From the human T2T-CHM13v2.0 reference genome, Homo sapiens: DNA of 64,000 bases. The notes beneath the pieces were generated by a model, which worked only from the letters and a program-made list of their open reading frames with translations, did not search any database and was not told where the DNA came from. Positions 12,973 through 25,762 of the stretch are shown one piece after another. The stretch lies in the NCBI RefSeq assembly GCF_009914755.1, contig NC_060928.1. The stretch is one strand, 5' to 3'. Position 1 is the first letter of the stretch. Each line of letters begins with the position of its first letter. Made by a program: the position numbers and the translations under genes.

Positions 12973-14527
12973 TCATAGGAGAAATGCGTCTCCTGAGAAA
13001 GAAGAAAAAGTGATCACTGTGCAATATTAGCACTGTTAATTTGATATATGTCAGATCTAAAATATTAAGTTAAAAAATCTAAATATATTGCTACTTATTA
13101 TAAAGCTTTGAAATACTTTGTCATGTATAATTTTTAGGTAAAAATGTATTTGGGGACATTCATTTTTCTTTAATAGCAAAATAATTGAACCTACTGAAAC
13201 AAGAATTAACCTCCCTATAAGCTTTAGGAAAAAGTTGGACAAAGGAGTTCTATCCAATGAAAATACACTCTACTAGCGTTGTGAGACTGAAAAAGCATCT
13301 GGAGATTTCTAGGACTAGGACCCAAGAAAGGCAAAAAACTACTCCCAGGTGTATGTGTGTATATACAATACAGAATGATAAGTATATGCGATAAGCCATC
13401 TTATTTGAATTTGAGAGTTGACAATTACTAAACAGAATTTAATTTTTAGTAAACCATATAGAGAATGCTACTTGAGAATAAAATGAATTTATGCAGCAGA
13501 ATGCTTGTAAGAACTTAGTTAAGTTTTAAGTCTAATGCTAATGTTCATTTAAGAACCACTGTCCTGAATCTAGTGTTCCTTACACTGGTTTTATTAGGAA
13601 TTGTGCTCTTTTTATTTTGAAAGAAAAAGTTTCTGTGAAAACTTTTAACCTCAACTTTGATACTGTAATAGATTAGTATATACTTTTTTCTGCAGTTTTT
13701 CATAATCTTACAAAGTGATTTGTAAATTGAAACTTTATTAAAGTATGTATATAGTTTAAAAAGTCAGATTTAACAAGATTTGAAATGGAAAAAAAAAAAT
13801 CACTTCCTTTCCTGTTCCCTCCCAGTCCCCTTTTCCTACTTAAACTCCTTAGAGGTAATTTTTCACTTCTGGCATTTTAATATATCATGCTAATTATGCT
13901 ATTTCTTACCTCTGCACTTTTTAAAACAATAGCTATGGACTTTCTATTATGGAAAATGAGATTTTTTTTTGATTTAGATATTTTACAGTTTGTCCGCCTC
14001 ACACATACACAATCATGCGCACACACACACACACACACACACGTGTCCTGTCCTTACATCCAGCATGTTTTTGACACAGTTTTTGGTTGATTCAGTGTTC
14101 AGTGTCTACATTTTTTTAATATGTAAATATTTGTCACCACTGAGGTTTATTATCTATCCCATGATCACATTTCCTGTCTTTGTTTTTCCTGGAGTTAATT
14201 ACTGTGTTTATAATCACTATGTTTTTTGTTTGCTTAGTTTTTTATGTACCCTATCATTGATTAATCTTCATTTAGAAGTGTAAATTTCCTCCCAGTTTAA
14301 GGTGGCTATCATTTTCATTCTTCATTACATCTCTCATGGAGCTCTGCAATCAGAACTGGTTGCTTTCTGGAGCTGTCACACTTATAATTCTAGTATTTTT
14401 CCCACCAATCTTTATGGAAATTCCTGGAGCTCTTCTCATCCTTTTTCTTGGTTTGTTAGTAAAGCAACTCCTCTAGTTGTTGCTTGAGAAAATATGCATG
14501 AGAGGAAGTTCTAAGCTTTGCTGCCTA

Positions 14528-14668
14528 GGCTGGGTGGGGTGGCTCATGCCTGTAATCCCAGCATTTTGGGAGGCTGAGGTGGGAGGATTGCTTGCTTGAG
14601 GCCAAGAGTTTAAGACCAGTCTGGGTGACATAGTGAGACCTTGTCTCTACAAAAATAAATACAAAATA
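14528..14668 (+). mobile_element. Alu monomer (FLAM-like)
   Basis: Single left arm plus A-rich tail, flanked by TSD CTTTGCTGCCTA. Confidence 0.85.
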
Positions 14669-15649
14669 AACTTTGCTGCCTAAAAGTTTGTATTTTCCCT
14701 AAACTGATACCTGATTGATAATTTGGCAGGGCAAATAATTTTAGGTTAGATATAATTTTCCCTGTGAGTTTTAAGAGGCACTGCTTCATAGTATTTTAGC
14801 TTCTCATATTTCTGTTGAGAAATCTGATATTATTCTCTTTTCTGATCCTTTATGTGTGAACTGTGGTAGGTTTCTTCTTCTTCCTCTTTTTCTTATTCCT
14901 GCTCCTCTTTCTCTTCCTCCTTACCCCACCATGGACATTTGTAGCATCTGTATTAACTTGTTCTGAATATTCAAGATGTTGTACCTTTTATTCATTGTGC
15001 TGGGGACCTAGTGGGCCTTACTTATTTAGCCTGGAAACTTGTATTTTCTTGCTGTATATGCTTTGGTAATTTTTTCTTCCTCTTTCTGGACTTTCTTCTT
15101 TTAAAATCATTCCTCTTACTAGGATATTGTGCCGTTTGGATTGAACCTCTAATTTAAATTTTGTTCTCCTCTGTTTTCTAGCTCTTTGTCTTTTATATTT
15201 GCATCTTAGAAATTTCCTTGGCTTTATATTACAGACATTATTTCTGATTGCAAATAACATATTATTGGATGCAGTATATTTTAATTTGTCTGAGGATACT
15301 TTGGTTTTGCACATTTTGCCACACCTTTTCTTCTCTTTTCTTTATCTTTCACTCTAAGAGTTTCAGCAAATTATTGTAAATTATTTTCTTCCCAGAGAAG
15401 GTAGCCTTAAACTGAGACCTGAAGGATGTAAAGAAGTTTGCTTATTAGATACAGTGTTTCCCAGGCTTGAGAAATCCTTTAGTTTGATACAGATTACTGA
15501 GTCTAAAATGTGATGGAGAAGTGGGGAAGGATGAGACTAGTGGGAAATGCCAAACCGACACTGAATTTCTTGGAAACAACCTAGTTGACCATGATTTCTT
15601 TTATAAAAAATATTGCTGTTTTCAGTCTTTAAAAGGATGTTTTATTCAT

Positions 15650-16240
15650 GAAGGATATTGAACTTTGGTTTTCTTTCCTTGTAATCTGTCAGGCTTTTGT
15701 TTCAGAGTTATGTTGGTCTCGTAAAATGAGTTGGGAAATGTTACTTGTACTTTCTGTAAGAGTTAGTGTATGATGTAGATTTTTTTCCTAAATATTTAGA
15801 ATTCACCTGTGAAGCAAACTGGGCTTCAAGTTACCTTTGTGAAAAGGTTTTTAATTACATATTTAATATCTTTAATAGTTATAGGGCCGTTTAGATGTTC
15901 AGTTTTCTTACATTGTAAATTTTGAAATTTATATTTTTAAAGAAATTTGTACATTTCACTTGAGATACTGGGTTTTATTGACGTGAAGTTTTTAATAATG
16001 TTCCAGTATCATCATTTGAAAATGTGGAGGATCTATTCTGATATTCCGTTTTTATACCTAATGGTAGTAATTTGTGTTTTCCCCTTTTTATCAAACTTGC
16101 TAAGGTATTAATCTCTTTAAAGAACCAACTTTTGACTTTATCTGCTCTTTATTTATTGACATATGCTAAAATTTTTATGTTTTCTTCTACCTATTTCAGG
16201 AATAATTTGCTACTCTTTCTCTAGCTTCTTAAGCAAGATT
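15650..16240 (-). mobile_element. Old L1 (L1M-type) fragment, resuming after the Tigger1 at ~18905-19030
   Basis: T-rich antisense L1 motifs GTAAAATGAGTTGGGAAATG, AGAATTCACCTGTGAAGC, AAAGAACCAACTTTTG; boundaries approximate. Confidence 0.65.
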
Positions 16241-16246
16241 TAAATA

Positions 16247-18903
16247 CAAGCATACTTTGGAGATACTGCAGGTTCCATTCCAGACCACTACAAAAAGTGA
16301 ATATTTTGCAATAAAGAGAGGGACACACATTTTTTTGTTTCCCAGTGCATACAAAAGTTACATTTACGCTATGCTGTAATCTGTTAAGTATGCAATAATA
16401 TTATGTCTAAAAAAATGTATATACCATAATTTAAAAATAACTTATTGATAAAAAATGCTAACAATCATCTGAACCTTCAGCTGGTTGTAATCTTTTTGCT
16501 GGTGGCAGGTCTTGCCTCAGTATTGAAGGCTGCTGATGGATTAGGGTGTTGGTTGCTGAAAGAAGGGGTGGCTATGGTAATTTCTTAAAATAAGACAATG
16601 ATTAAGTTTGCAAAATCAGTGGACTCTTCATGAAAGACTTCTCTGTACATGCAATGCTGTTTGATATAATTTTTTAATCCACAGTAGAACTTCTTCCAAA
16701 ATTGGAGTTAATTCCCTCAAACCATACCATTGCTTTATGAATTATGTTTATGTAATATTCTAAATTCTTGGAGTCATTTCAGCAGTGTTCACAGCATCTT
16801 CACCAGGAACAGATTCCATCTCAAGAAACCACTTCTTTGCTCAAGCATAAGCAACTCCTCATCTGTTCCAGTTTGATTACGAGACTGCAACAATTCAGTC
16901 ACATTTTTAGGTTCTATTTCTAGTTCTCTTGCTCTTTCCATGACATCTGCAGTTACTTCCTTCACTGAAATCTTAAACCCTTCAAAATCATCCATGAGGG
17001 TTGGAGTCAACTTCCAGAGTCTTGTTAATGTTGATATTTTGACCTGTTCTTACGAATCACGAATGATTTTAATGAAATCTAGAATGGTGAATTCTTTTCA
17101 GGTTTTCAGTTTACTTTGCACAGATTCATGAGAGAATTCACTATCTGTAACAGTTATAACCTTATGAAATGTATTTCTTAAATAATAAGACTTTTAAAAA
17201 TGGGTCCTGCTTTGTCTTCCAGGCTGGAATGGAGTGGCATGGTCATAACTCACTATGGCCTCGAACTCCTGGGCTCCAGTGATCCTCCCGCCTCAGCATC
17301 CCATGTAGCTGGGACTATAGGCATGCACTACAACACCTGCGAAATTCTTTAAAGTTTTCCTTAGAGTTTGGGTCTCACTATGTTGCCCAGGTTCGTCTTG
17401 AACTCCTGGCCTCAAGCAGCCCTCTCACCTCAACCTCCAGAGTAGCTGGGATTATAGTGTGAGCCACCAAGCCCAGCTAATAAGACTTGAAAGACACAAT
17501 TACTGCTTGATCCATGGGCTGCAGATGGGATGTTATTTTAGCAGGCATGAAAACAACAGTAATCTTCTTGTACTTCTCCATCAGAGCTCTTGGGTGACAG
17601 GTGCATTGTCAATGAGCAGGAATATTTTGAAAGGAATCTTCTTTTCTGAGCAGTAGATTTCAAGAGTGGGTTTCAAATAATCAGTAAACTATGCTGGAAA
17701 CAGATGTGATGTCATCCAGGCTTTGTTATTTCATTTATAGAACACAAACAGAGTAGTTTTAGCATAGTTCTTAAGGGCCTCGAAGTTTTGGAATGGCAAG
17801 TAAGCATTGGTTTCAACTTAAAGTCACCAATTGCATTAGCTCCTAACAAGAGAGTCAGTCTGTCCTTTGAATCTTTGAAGCCAGACATGGACTTAACTAT
17901 AGCTCTAAAAGTCCTAGATGGCATCTTCCAATAGAAGGCTGTTTTCTGTATTGAAAATCTGTTGTTTAGTGTAGCCACCTTCATCAGTGATCTTAGTGAA
18001 ATCTTCCGGATAACTTGTTACACTTCCTGCGTTACCTGTACTTACATGTTCTGGAGATGGCTTCTTTCCTTACAGCTCATGATCCAACCTCTACTAGCTT
18101 CAGATTTTTCTTCTGCAGGTTTCTCACTTCACTCAGCCTTCATAGGATTGAAGAGAGTTAGAGCCTTGCTCTGGATTAAGGCTTTGGCTTACGGGAACGC
18201 AGTGGTTGGTTTGATCTTCTGTCCAGACCATTAAAATTTTCTCCATATCAGCAGTAAGGTTGTTTTCCTTTCTTACCGTTCATCACTGATCACTGGAGTA
18301 TCACTTTTAATTTCCTTCAATAATTTTTCCTTTGTGTTCACTTGGCTAACTGGTGCAAGAGGCCTAGCTTTTGACCTATCTCAGCTTTCAGCGTGCTTTC
18401 CTCTCTAAGCTTAGTCATTTCTAACTCTTGATTTAAAGTGACAGATGCATCTCGTCCTTTCACCTGAACACTTAGAGGCCATTGTGGGGTTATTAATTGG
18501 CCTAATTTCAATATTGTTGTGTCTCAGGGAATAGGGAGACCTAAGGAAAGGGAGAGAGACACGGAACAGCTGGTCGGTAGATCAGTCAGAACACATAAAC
18601 ATTTATCAGTTAAGTTTGCTGTCTTATATGGGCTCAGTTTGTGGAGCCCAAAACAATTACAGTAGTAACATCAAAGATCACTGATCACAGGGTCACCGTA
18701 ACAGATACAATAATAATGAAAAAGTTTTAAATATTGTAAGAATTACCAGAATGTGACATAGAGACACAAAGTAATCACATGCTTTTAAAAAAATGGCAGT
18801 GATAGACTTGTTCAACATAGGCTTGCTACAGAGTTTTAATTTTTTTAGAAAGTCAATCTTGGAAATACAGTGAAGTCTGGCACAATACAAAAACGTACAC
18901 CTG
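16247..18903 (-). mobile_element. Near full-length Tigger1 DNA transposon with a decayed transposase
   Basis: Termini CAAGCATACTT...ACGTACACCTG with TA TSD (16245-46, 18904-05); minus-strand ORF remnants [13 protein letters not shown]...[22 protein letters not shown] and TLMDDFEGFKISVKEVTAD; ~2.37 kb excluding the nested Alu. Confidence 0.92.
17195..17477 (-). mobile_element. AluJ-like element nested in Tigger1
   Basis: Antisense dimer flanked by TSD TAATAAGACTT. Confidence 0.88.
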
Positions 18904-19375
18904 TATTTAATTTTACACTGATCTTTTTAAAGCATAGGGTTTAAGGTACAGATTTCTCTGCAAACACAGTTTAGCTGCATTTCACACATTTTGATATGCT
19001 GAATTTGCCACATAGTTTATAATTTTTCTAATTTCTCACAAATTTCAAAAAGTGTTTTGATTAAAGGTTGAAATCCCAGAGGGTTTAGGATAAATTTTTA
19101 AAAAATACTTGACATTGAGGATTCCCTTGAAGTAAATGATACTAGAAGAAATAAAAGAACTGACACCTAAAAAAAAAAGAGGTAATGAAATAAAAGTTGA
19201 AAGTGAGACTTGGGAAAAAATAAGAAGATGGATCTATAGATTTATTAATGGAAGTTGGGATGTAGATGGGAATTTAGCTCATATCTATTGTTAAAGAAAA
19301 ATCATCAAAATTTTATGGAGCAAAAGGACTATAATATCATTGCCAATTGTACTCTAATTTTTATATGAACACAGC

Positions 19376-19673
19376 TTTTGTTGTTGTTGTTTTTGAAACA
19401 GCATTTTGCTTTTTTGCCCAGGCTGGAGTGCAGTGGCATGATCACGGTTCACTGCAACCTTGAACTCCTGAGCTCAAGCAGTCCTCCCACCTTAGCCTCC
19501 TAAGAAGCCTGGACTACAAGCAGAAGCTACCTCGCCCAGCTAATTTTTTAATTTTTAGTAGAGACAAGGTCTCGCTGTGTTGAATAGGCTGATCTTGAAT
19601 TTCTGGGTTCAAGCAATCCTGCCTTGGCCTCCCACAATGCTGGGATTACAGGCGTGAGCCATCCTGCCAAGTC
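19376..19673 (-). mobile_element. AluJ-like element
   Basis: Antisense dimer ...GCCCAGGCTGGAGTGCAGTGGCATGATCAC...GGGATTACAGGCGTGAGCC. Confidence 0.88.
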
Positions 19674-21790
19674 CAAATACAGTGTTTAATTAATTGAAAC
19701 ATAGGGTGCTTTTAATTTTCTTTCCTTACCTTTATGAATCTATAACCTAACTTTTTTGCAGCCAAGATTATAAATGACATTCATTTTTCTCACAACTAAT
19801 AATCCTACTGTCACTGCCAGAGATGGAATATTGGGCTTGGTGAGCCAGTGATCAAACTATCAAATTTTGGCAGTTTTTTATACAAATGCCTATACTATGA
19901 TAAAATACTCAAAGCATGTGTATTGAAAAAGTAGGGATCAGAAATAACATTTAATTGTACTTATATTTAAAAATTATATGAGTAAATTCTTGAAGTTAAA
20001 ATTATCTGGGTTCAGTTTAAAGTCTATTGATAGCATTTGACCCAGGCAAATCACCTACTTGCTGTGTGTATCAGTTTCCTCATCTATAAAATGGGGGTAA
20101 TAGTCCATAACATGTGACTCAGGGTTTTTAGTGATTAATAAGAAAAATATATGTGAAGCACAAAAAGTGACTGGCACATAGTTTTTCAGGAAACATTAGA
20201 TTTTGTCATGATTATTATACATGGTGAATGCAGTGCAGTGAGATCTCAACTATGAGACTAATATGTCTACTTGATTTTTACAAATGAATTATCTTTTTAA
20301 TTTTATGGGAATTTCTAGAAGTTGTTAAATTTCTAATATTTAAACTGTTTTTTATCACAATATTTCTTTGCTGCTGCTTTTGCAAATCCATCAAGAAGAG
20401 TTTGCAATATTTTAAATAATTCTTTATTGAATATCCTTACACATGAACATTTGGCACATGACATTATTCCTAGAGGAGGACTAATGGCCAAGAGCATGTA
20501 CATTTACAGAATGGATTTATTGCTAGATGGGCCTACAGAATGAATACACTGATTTATGCTCCCACTGGAAGTTTTCAAAAAATGCTCATTTACTTGGGAA
20601 GCTTAATCTTAGAGTTTTGATAGTTTCCTCTCTTGAAATATATTGCTTGGGGGGAAATGTACAATGGAGCTGGTAAGTAAATACAATTTAGTATGATTTT
20701 ATATATATATATAATGCTTAAAATATGGAGTAAAATTAGCATAAGATATTGCTGATGGCATAAATTGGTAAAACTTTTTTTTGAGAGCAGCTTAAGAAAA
20801 TGTTTTTTTGATTTTTTTAAGCCTTATTTCTGGGAACTTACCTTAAGAAAATAACATAACATCTTGGGGAAAAGTGCAGCTATAAAAATGTTCAGTACAA
20901 CATTAGTTGTAGAAACAAAATTTAAAGTGCCCTAAATATCCAATATTAGGTGAAATATTAAATTATGGCTTATTTAGTAATTAAAATTTAGTGCTGTTTT
21001 TAAAATGATGGAAGTGAAGATTATGTAGCAATGTACAAATGTGTCTCTGCTATAATTGAATTAAAAATTTATAATGAAAAATTAACTATATCATAAAACT
21101 TTGAATAATATAGGAAAAACACAATCTCATCATTATATTAGCACAGCTATTTGAATTTTGAACCATTTACTTCATTTTCCTTGTAGATCTAATATTTATA
21201 CCTGTTAAGCATAGTGTATGTAAAACTTTTTGATCCTTTTTCTTGCTACTTCTGTGTTTTCATAGCATTTTTTATAGCGCTAAGTATCCTACCATGTACA
21301 GATAATTTGTTTTAATTTATATTTGCATTGGTGCCTCTTATTTCTTCTACCTTCTAATTTCCCAGCCGTGATTAATATGGGCATAGTCTCAGAAGTTAAT
21401 TCAGGAGCTATTTCTATTACTGGATAGAGTTTTATCTGAAAATCTAAAAGGATTATTATAAAGATTACAGCCCTTGCCTCTCAAGGACTTCGAGATTGGT
21501 TAGGTTGAGAGAGTCATGAAAACTACATGCAATTAAGATGCAAATGCTACAATAGATAAATTATTCTGTTGGTGCACAAAGGAGAGAGTTGCTTTATTCT
21601 GGTTGAGTTGGGATTGGGAAATGAGGAAAGCTTCATGAGAAAGATGTTACTTATGGTTAAGCCCTGAGAAATGAATGCATGTGAACTTACAGGAATGAAG
21701 AGGGCATTCAGAGCAGAGAGAACAGTTGTGAGCAAAGTTCTAAGACAATTCAGTATGTTCAGAGAATTGCAGGTATTTGAGGATGGCAGT

Positions 21791-22060
21791 ATTAGGTTTG
21801 GTAAACTTCCTCAACGCTCCCAAAGACCCTAGACCCACCCTGTGGGCTTTATTATCTAATAGGAAGTTAAATTGAGTTTAGGATTGGGAAACATTACATT
21901 ACATAGAGCAAATATTTGTTGGAACATAACATTTACAGATTGTCAGTCCACTGCTGGGCCATTTTATAAGCTACAATAAGGTGTATTGTTTATTTTAGAT
22001 TCTAGTGTATGATTCTTGAAGAACTTCAGGATGTTAGCAATAATAGTTATATATTGAATT
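21791..22060 (+). repeat. Copy 1 of a ~270-bp direct duplication (copy 2 at 25489-25762)
   Basis: Base-by-base match by eye, roughly 95% identical. Confidence 0.95.
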
Positions 22061-22119
22061 AAACTGGAGAGGTTGGCAGGGGCTATCATGATATGGAGAC
22101 AGTGGAGGTAATAGGTAGA

Positions 22120-22247
22120 AATGGAAGGACTTTAAAACAGGAAAGGAATATGATTAATACAGTCTAGAAAGATTACACTGGAAAGACTGTAATCTTTCTA
22201 GACTGTATATCTAATCATATTCCTTTCCTGTTTAAAGTCCTTCCATT
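22120..22247. repeat. Inverted repeat with ~58-60-bp arms and a 10-nt spacer
   Basis: Arm 22120-22177 (AATGGAAGGACTTT...AGAAAGATTACA) is the reverse complement of 22188-22247, apart from two small indels. Confidence 0.95.
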
Positions 22248-22285
22248 GGGCGACAGAGCGAGACTCCATCTCAAAAAAAAAAAAA
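22247..22285 (+). mobile_element. Extremely 5'-truncated Alu (last ~26 nt plus poly(A))
   Basis: TGGGCGACAGAGCGAGACTCCATCTC followed by an A run. Confidence 0.85.
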
Positions 22286-22469
22286 GACCATTGCTCCTCA
22301 AAGTGTGGTCTGCAACAAAATGACTACAGAAATTGAAAGCAAGTGAGAAATAACTTTATATGTATTGAATCACTTGGACAATGTGAATTGGGATATTAAC
22401 AAAAATAAGAAATAAACCTATTGCTTCACTACTTCAAGTCTGAGAAGTAGTGATTAAAAGATTATTGCA

Positions 22470-22770
22470 GCTGGTGCAGTGGCATGTGCTTGTAGTCCCA
22501 GCTGCTCGGGAGGCTTAGGCGAGAGGACTGCTTGAGCCCAGTAGTTCTGGACTGCAATGCACTATGCTGATCCTGTGTCTGCACTAAGTTGGACCTCAAT
22601 ATGGTGACCTCCAGGAAGCGAGGGGGACCACCAGGTTGCCTAAGGAAGGGTGAACTGGCTCAGGTTGGAAGTAGAGCAGGTCAAAACTCCGGTGCTGATC
22701 AGTAGTGGGATCATGCCTATGAATAGCCACTGCACTCCAGCCTGGGCAACATAGTGAGACCCCTTCTCTT
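22470..22770 (+). pseudogene. Full-length 7SL (SRP RNA) retropseudogene
   Basis: Alu-domain ends enclose the S domain (GCACTAAGTT...AATATGGTGACCTCC...ACCACCAGGTTGCCTAAGG...GAGCAGGTCAAAACTCC..TGCTGATCAGTAGTGGGATC); CpG-decayed; TSD AAG..TATTGCA. Confidence 0.92.
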
Positions 22771-23602
22771 AAAGTAAGTCTATTGCAAAAGACTCCATGC
22801 TTGAAATAACAGCCTGAGAGAGATTTAGAGGGGCAGAATATATAGGATTTAGTAACCATATGGGAGGGAACAGGGGACCTTGAAGGAAAGAGAGGAATCT
22901 AAAATGATTAGCAGATTTTTGTTTCAGCAAAATTGGTGAAGTTCTTTTCTGGAAAGGGAGAATATAGGGTAGGTCAAGAAAAGAGTTCACATTCACATAG
23001 GTTGAGTTTGAGTTGTCTGTAGGGGCACTGGAATCTTTTTAGTAGGCATTTAGACACAAAAGAAGACATCCAAGACAGAAATCTTGGCCATTGGGTTTAC
23101 CATCAAGAAAGTGGTAGTTCATGCCAGTTAGAAGAGACTAGAAGAGGGATGAGAAGAAGAAAATTCAGGTTAATTCTAACAGTGAAGAGGCAAGACAAAG
23201 GAGATAAGAAAAGGGATAGAGAAAGAAGGACCATAGAAACAGGAGAAGTACAGGAGGGCTGAAGAAAGAATTTTTTTTTTTTTTCCCAAAGGATTGAGCA
23301 TATCTTTTGAAATGTCCACAGGGTTACAGGGTTAGGGTGACTGGAAATAGTCCATTAGATTTAGCATTTAGTAATTATTTTATCTTGGCAAAAATAATGC
23401 GGTTGGAATCCTGATTGCAGTGGATTTGAGAAGTGAATGAGAGTTGAAGAAGTTGAGATATTAGCAACAGATTATTCTTTCCAAGAGTCCAGCTGTGCTG
23501 AGAACAGAGAAAGGTAGGTAGGTAAGGATTAAGGGAAGAATTTAGATTTTATATGGGCAAGACAAGAAAATTATATGATGTGAGAGTGAGTGTTGATATA
23601 TA

Positions 23603-24020
23603 CAGTCGATCCTTGAACAACACGGGTTTGAACTGTGTGGATTCCTTTATACACTAATTTTCTTTCGCCTCTGCTATCCCTATCTTCTTTTGTGTCTAAA
23701 TGCCTACAGCAAGAACAACCCCTCTTCTTTGCTCCTCAGCCTACTCAATGTGAAGACGATGAGGATGAGGACCTTTATGATGATCTACTTTCACTTAATT
23801 AGTAGTAAATATCTTATTGACATTTTGTTTTCTCTTTAAGAATACAGTGTATAATATAACATTCAAAATATGTTATTAGTTGATTATGTTATCAGCAAGG
23901 CTTCTGGTTAACAGTAGGCTATTAGCAGTTAAGTTTTTGAGGAGTTAAAAGTTACACATGGATTTTTGACTGTGTCGGAGGTTGATACCTCTAATCCCCT
24001 CATTGTTCAAGGCTCAACTG
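23603..24020. mobile_element. Tigger2a/MER28-like element
   Basis: TIRs CAGTCGATCCTTGAACAA...TTGTTCAAGGCTCAACTG, TA TSD, internal GAAGACGATGAGGATGAGGACCTTTATGATGATC. Confidence 0.85.
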
Positions 24021-24668
24021 TATATAGAAAGACTGAAAGTGAAGGAAGGAGAAGGAATAAACAGTATTCTGGAGAGATAAAGTCAGTAGCACAGATGGAA
24101 AAATGAGAGTCTAACAAGACATAAAAATTTTTCTCCTTGAGACTGGGAATAGCTGTAAATAGGTTTGTGATAGGGAATTAAGGATAATTCATGTATTCAC
24201 AGTCTGGTTCAGTCAGCTGGCCTACCTTACTTTGGCCACAAAGAATGATCTTTCTGATTTATTTGTTGCCTTAGTTTATGATATCATTTCCAGACTTTTA
24301 GAAAGATTAGCTGAATATAACATTTAGATAGACTATGTCTTAAAATGAATCAAGTCTAGTTTTTTCTCTTCTTAATTTTAAACATTGATTTCTGGGAAAG
24401 TTAAATTTATAATGATCCATTTACGCAAAAATCAAATAATTGTATCAATAATCTGTTTGCTATATGCAAATGTTATGTTTTATTCCACAAGTTGATATTT
24501 TAATTATCATGAATTATATTTGCCTTTTATGGCAGGTTATAAAACTGATGTTAGTAGTGTGGTTTATCAAAAGACCATTGACTTTGGAATTATAAAACCC
24601 TGAGTTAAAAATCTTAGTTCTATCACAGATTAACCATTTGATATTGAGTATTGGCAAACTTGTTTTCC

Positions 24669-24975
24669 TTTTTTGAGATAAGAGTCTTGCTCTGTTGCCC
24701 AGGCTGGAGTGCAGTGGCGTGATCATAGGCTTACTACAGCCCGGACCTCTTGGGCTCAAGCAATCCTACTCTCTCAGCCTCCCAAGTAGCTGGGACTATA
24801 GGTGTGCACCACCATTCTCAGCTACTTTTTTATTTTATTTTATTATTTTTTTTTTTGTAGAGACTAGGTCTTACTATGTTGCCTAGGCTTGTCTCTAATT
24901 CCTGGTCTCAAGAAAGCCTTTTACCTCAGCCTCCCAAAGTGCTGGGATTACAGGCAAGAGCCATTGTGCCCAGCC
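24669..24975 (-). mobile_element. AluJ-like element
   Basis: Antisense dimer; TSD CAAACTT(G/C)TT. Confidence 0.88.
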
Positions 24976-25488
24976 CAAACTTCTTGTAAAATTTATCTTA
25001 AATTGGAGATAATACTGGCTACTTGATAAGAAAATTGAAAGGATTAAATGAGTTATGCTAGTTTTCTCTTAACTGCTGAATGAAACCTTTAAAATGTAGA
25101 ACCTGTTTGTGAGGATTTCCACTACCAGTATCTGTTTAAGATGGTGCCATTCCTATTTTCACTAAAGGATTAACTACCAGTGTTGACTACAGTATACTCA
25201 TAAAAATCATATTTAAAGCATGGTATTCATTCCCTTTCCTGAAACCCACATTCCCTTTCTTCTCCCCAGGGCACTGTTTTACAGTTAGTTTGCATACCAA
25301 CATAGGATAGGTGGCTCTGTGAATTATATAATGTAGTGTGGACCACCCCATTTTAATAAACACCTACAACTTCTAAAACGTAGTTTTCATGAAATTCTAA
25401 AATTGTATTTGAAGAGTTTTAGTGACATGTAGGCCATATTAATTAGGTCACTGAAGTTTTAGATTTCTTATATTGCATTTAATTTTTA

Positions 25489-25762
25489 ATTAGGCTTGGT
25501 GAACTTCCTCAATGCTCCCAAAGACCCTAGACCCACCTCGTGGGCTTTATTATCTAATAGGAAGTTAAATTGAGTTTAGGATTGGGAAACATTACCTTAC
25601 ATAGAGCAAATATTTGTTGGAACATAACATTTACAGATTGTCAGTCCAAATGCTGGGCCATTTTATAAGCTACAATGAGGTGTATTGTTTATTTTAGATT
25701 CTAGTGTATGATTCTTGAAGAACTTCAGGATGTTAGCAATAATAGTTACGATATACTGAATT
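25489..25762 (+). repeat. Copy 2 of the ~270-bp direct duplication (probable source)
   Basis: Matches 21791-22060. Confidence 0.95.

Noticed and set aside
16789-17984. Transposase-like ORFs as a domesticated TIGD-type gene
   Set aside because: Short, frameshifted and interrupted by an Alu.
22470-22770. Functional 7SL RNA gene
   Set aside because: Many substitutions, CpG decay, TSDs, and no oligo-T terminator directly after it.
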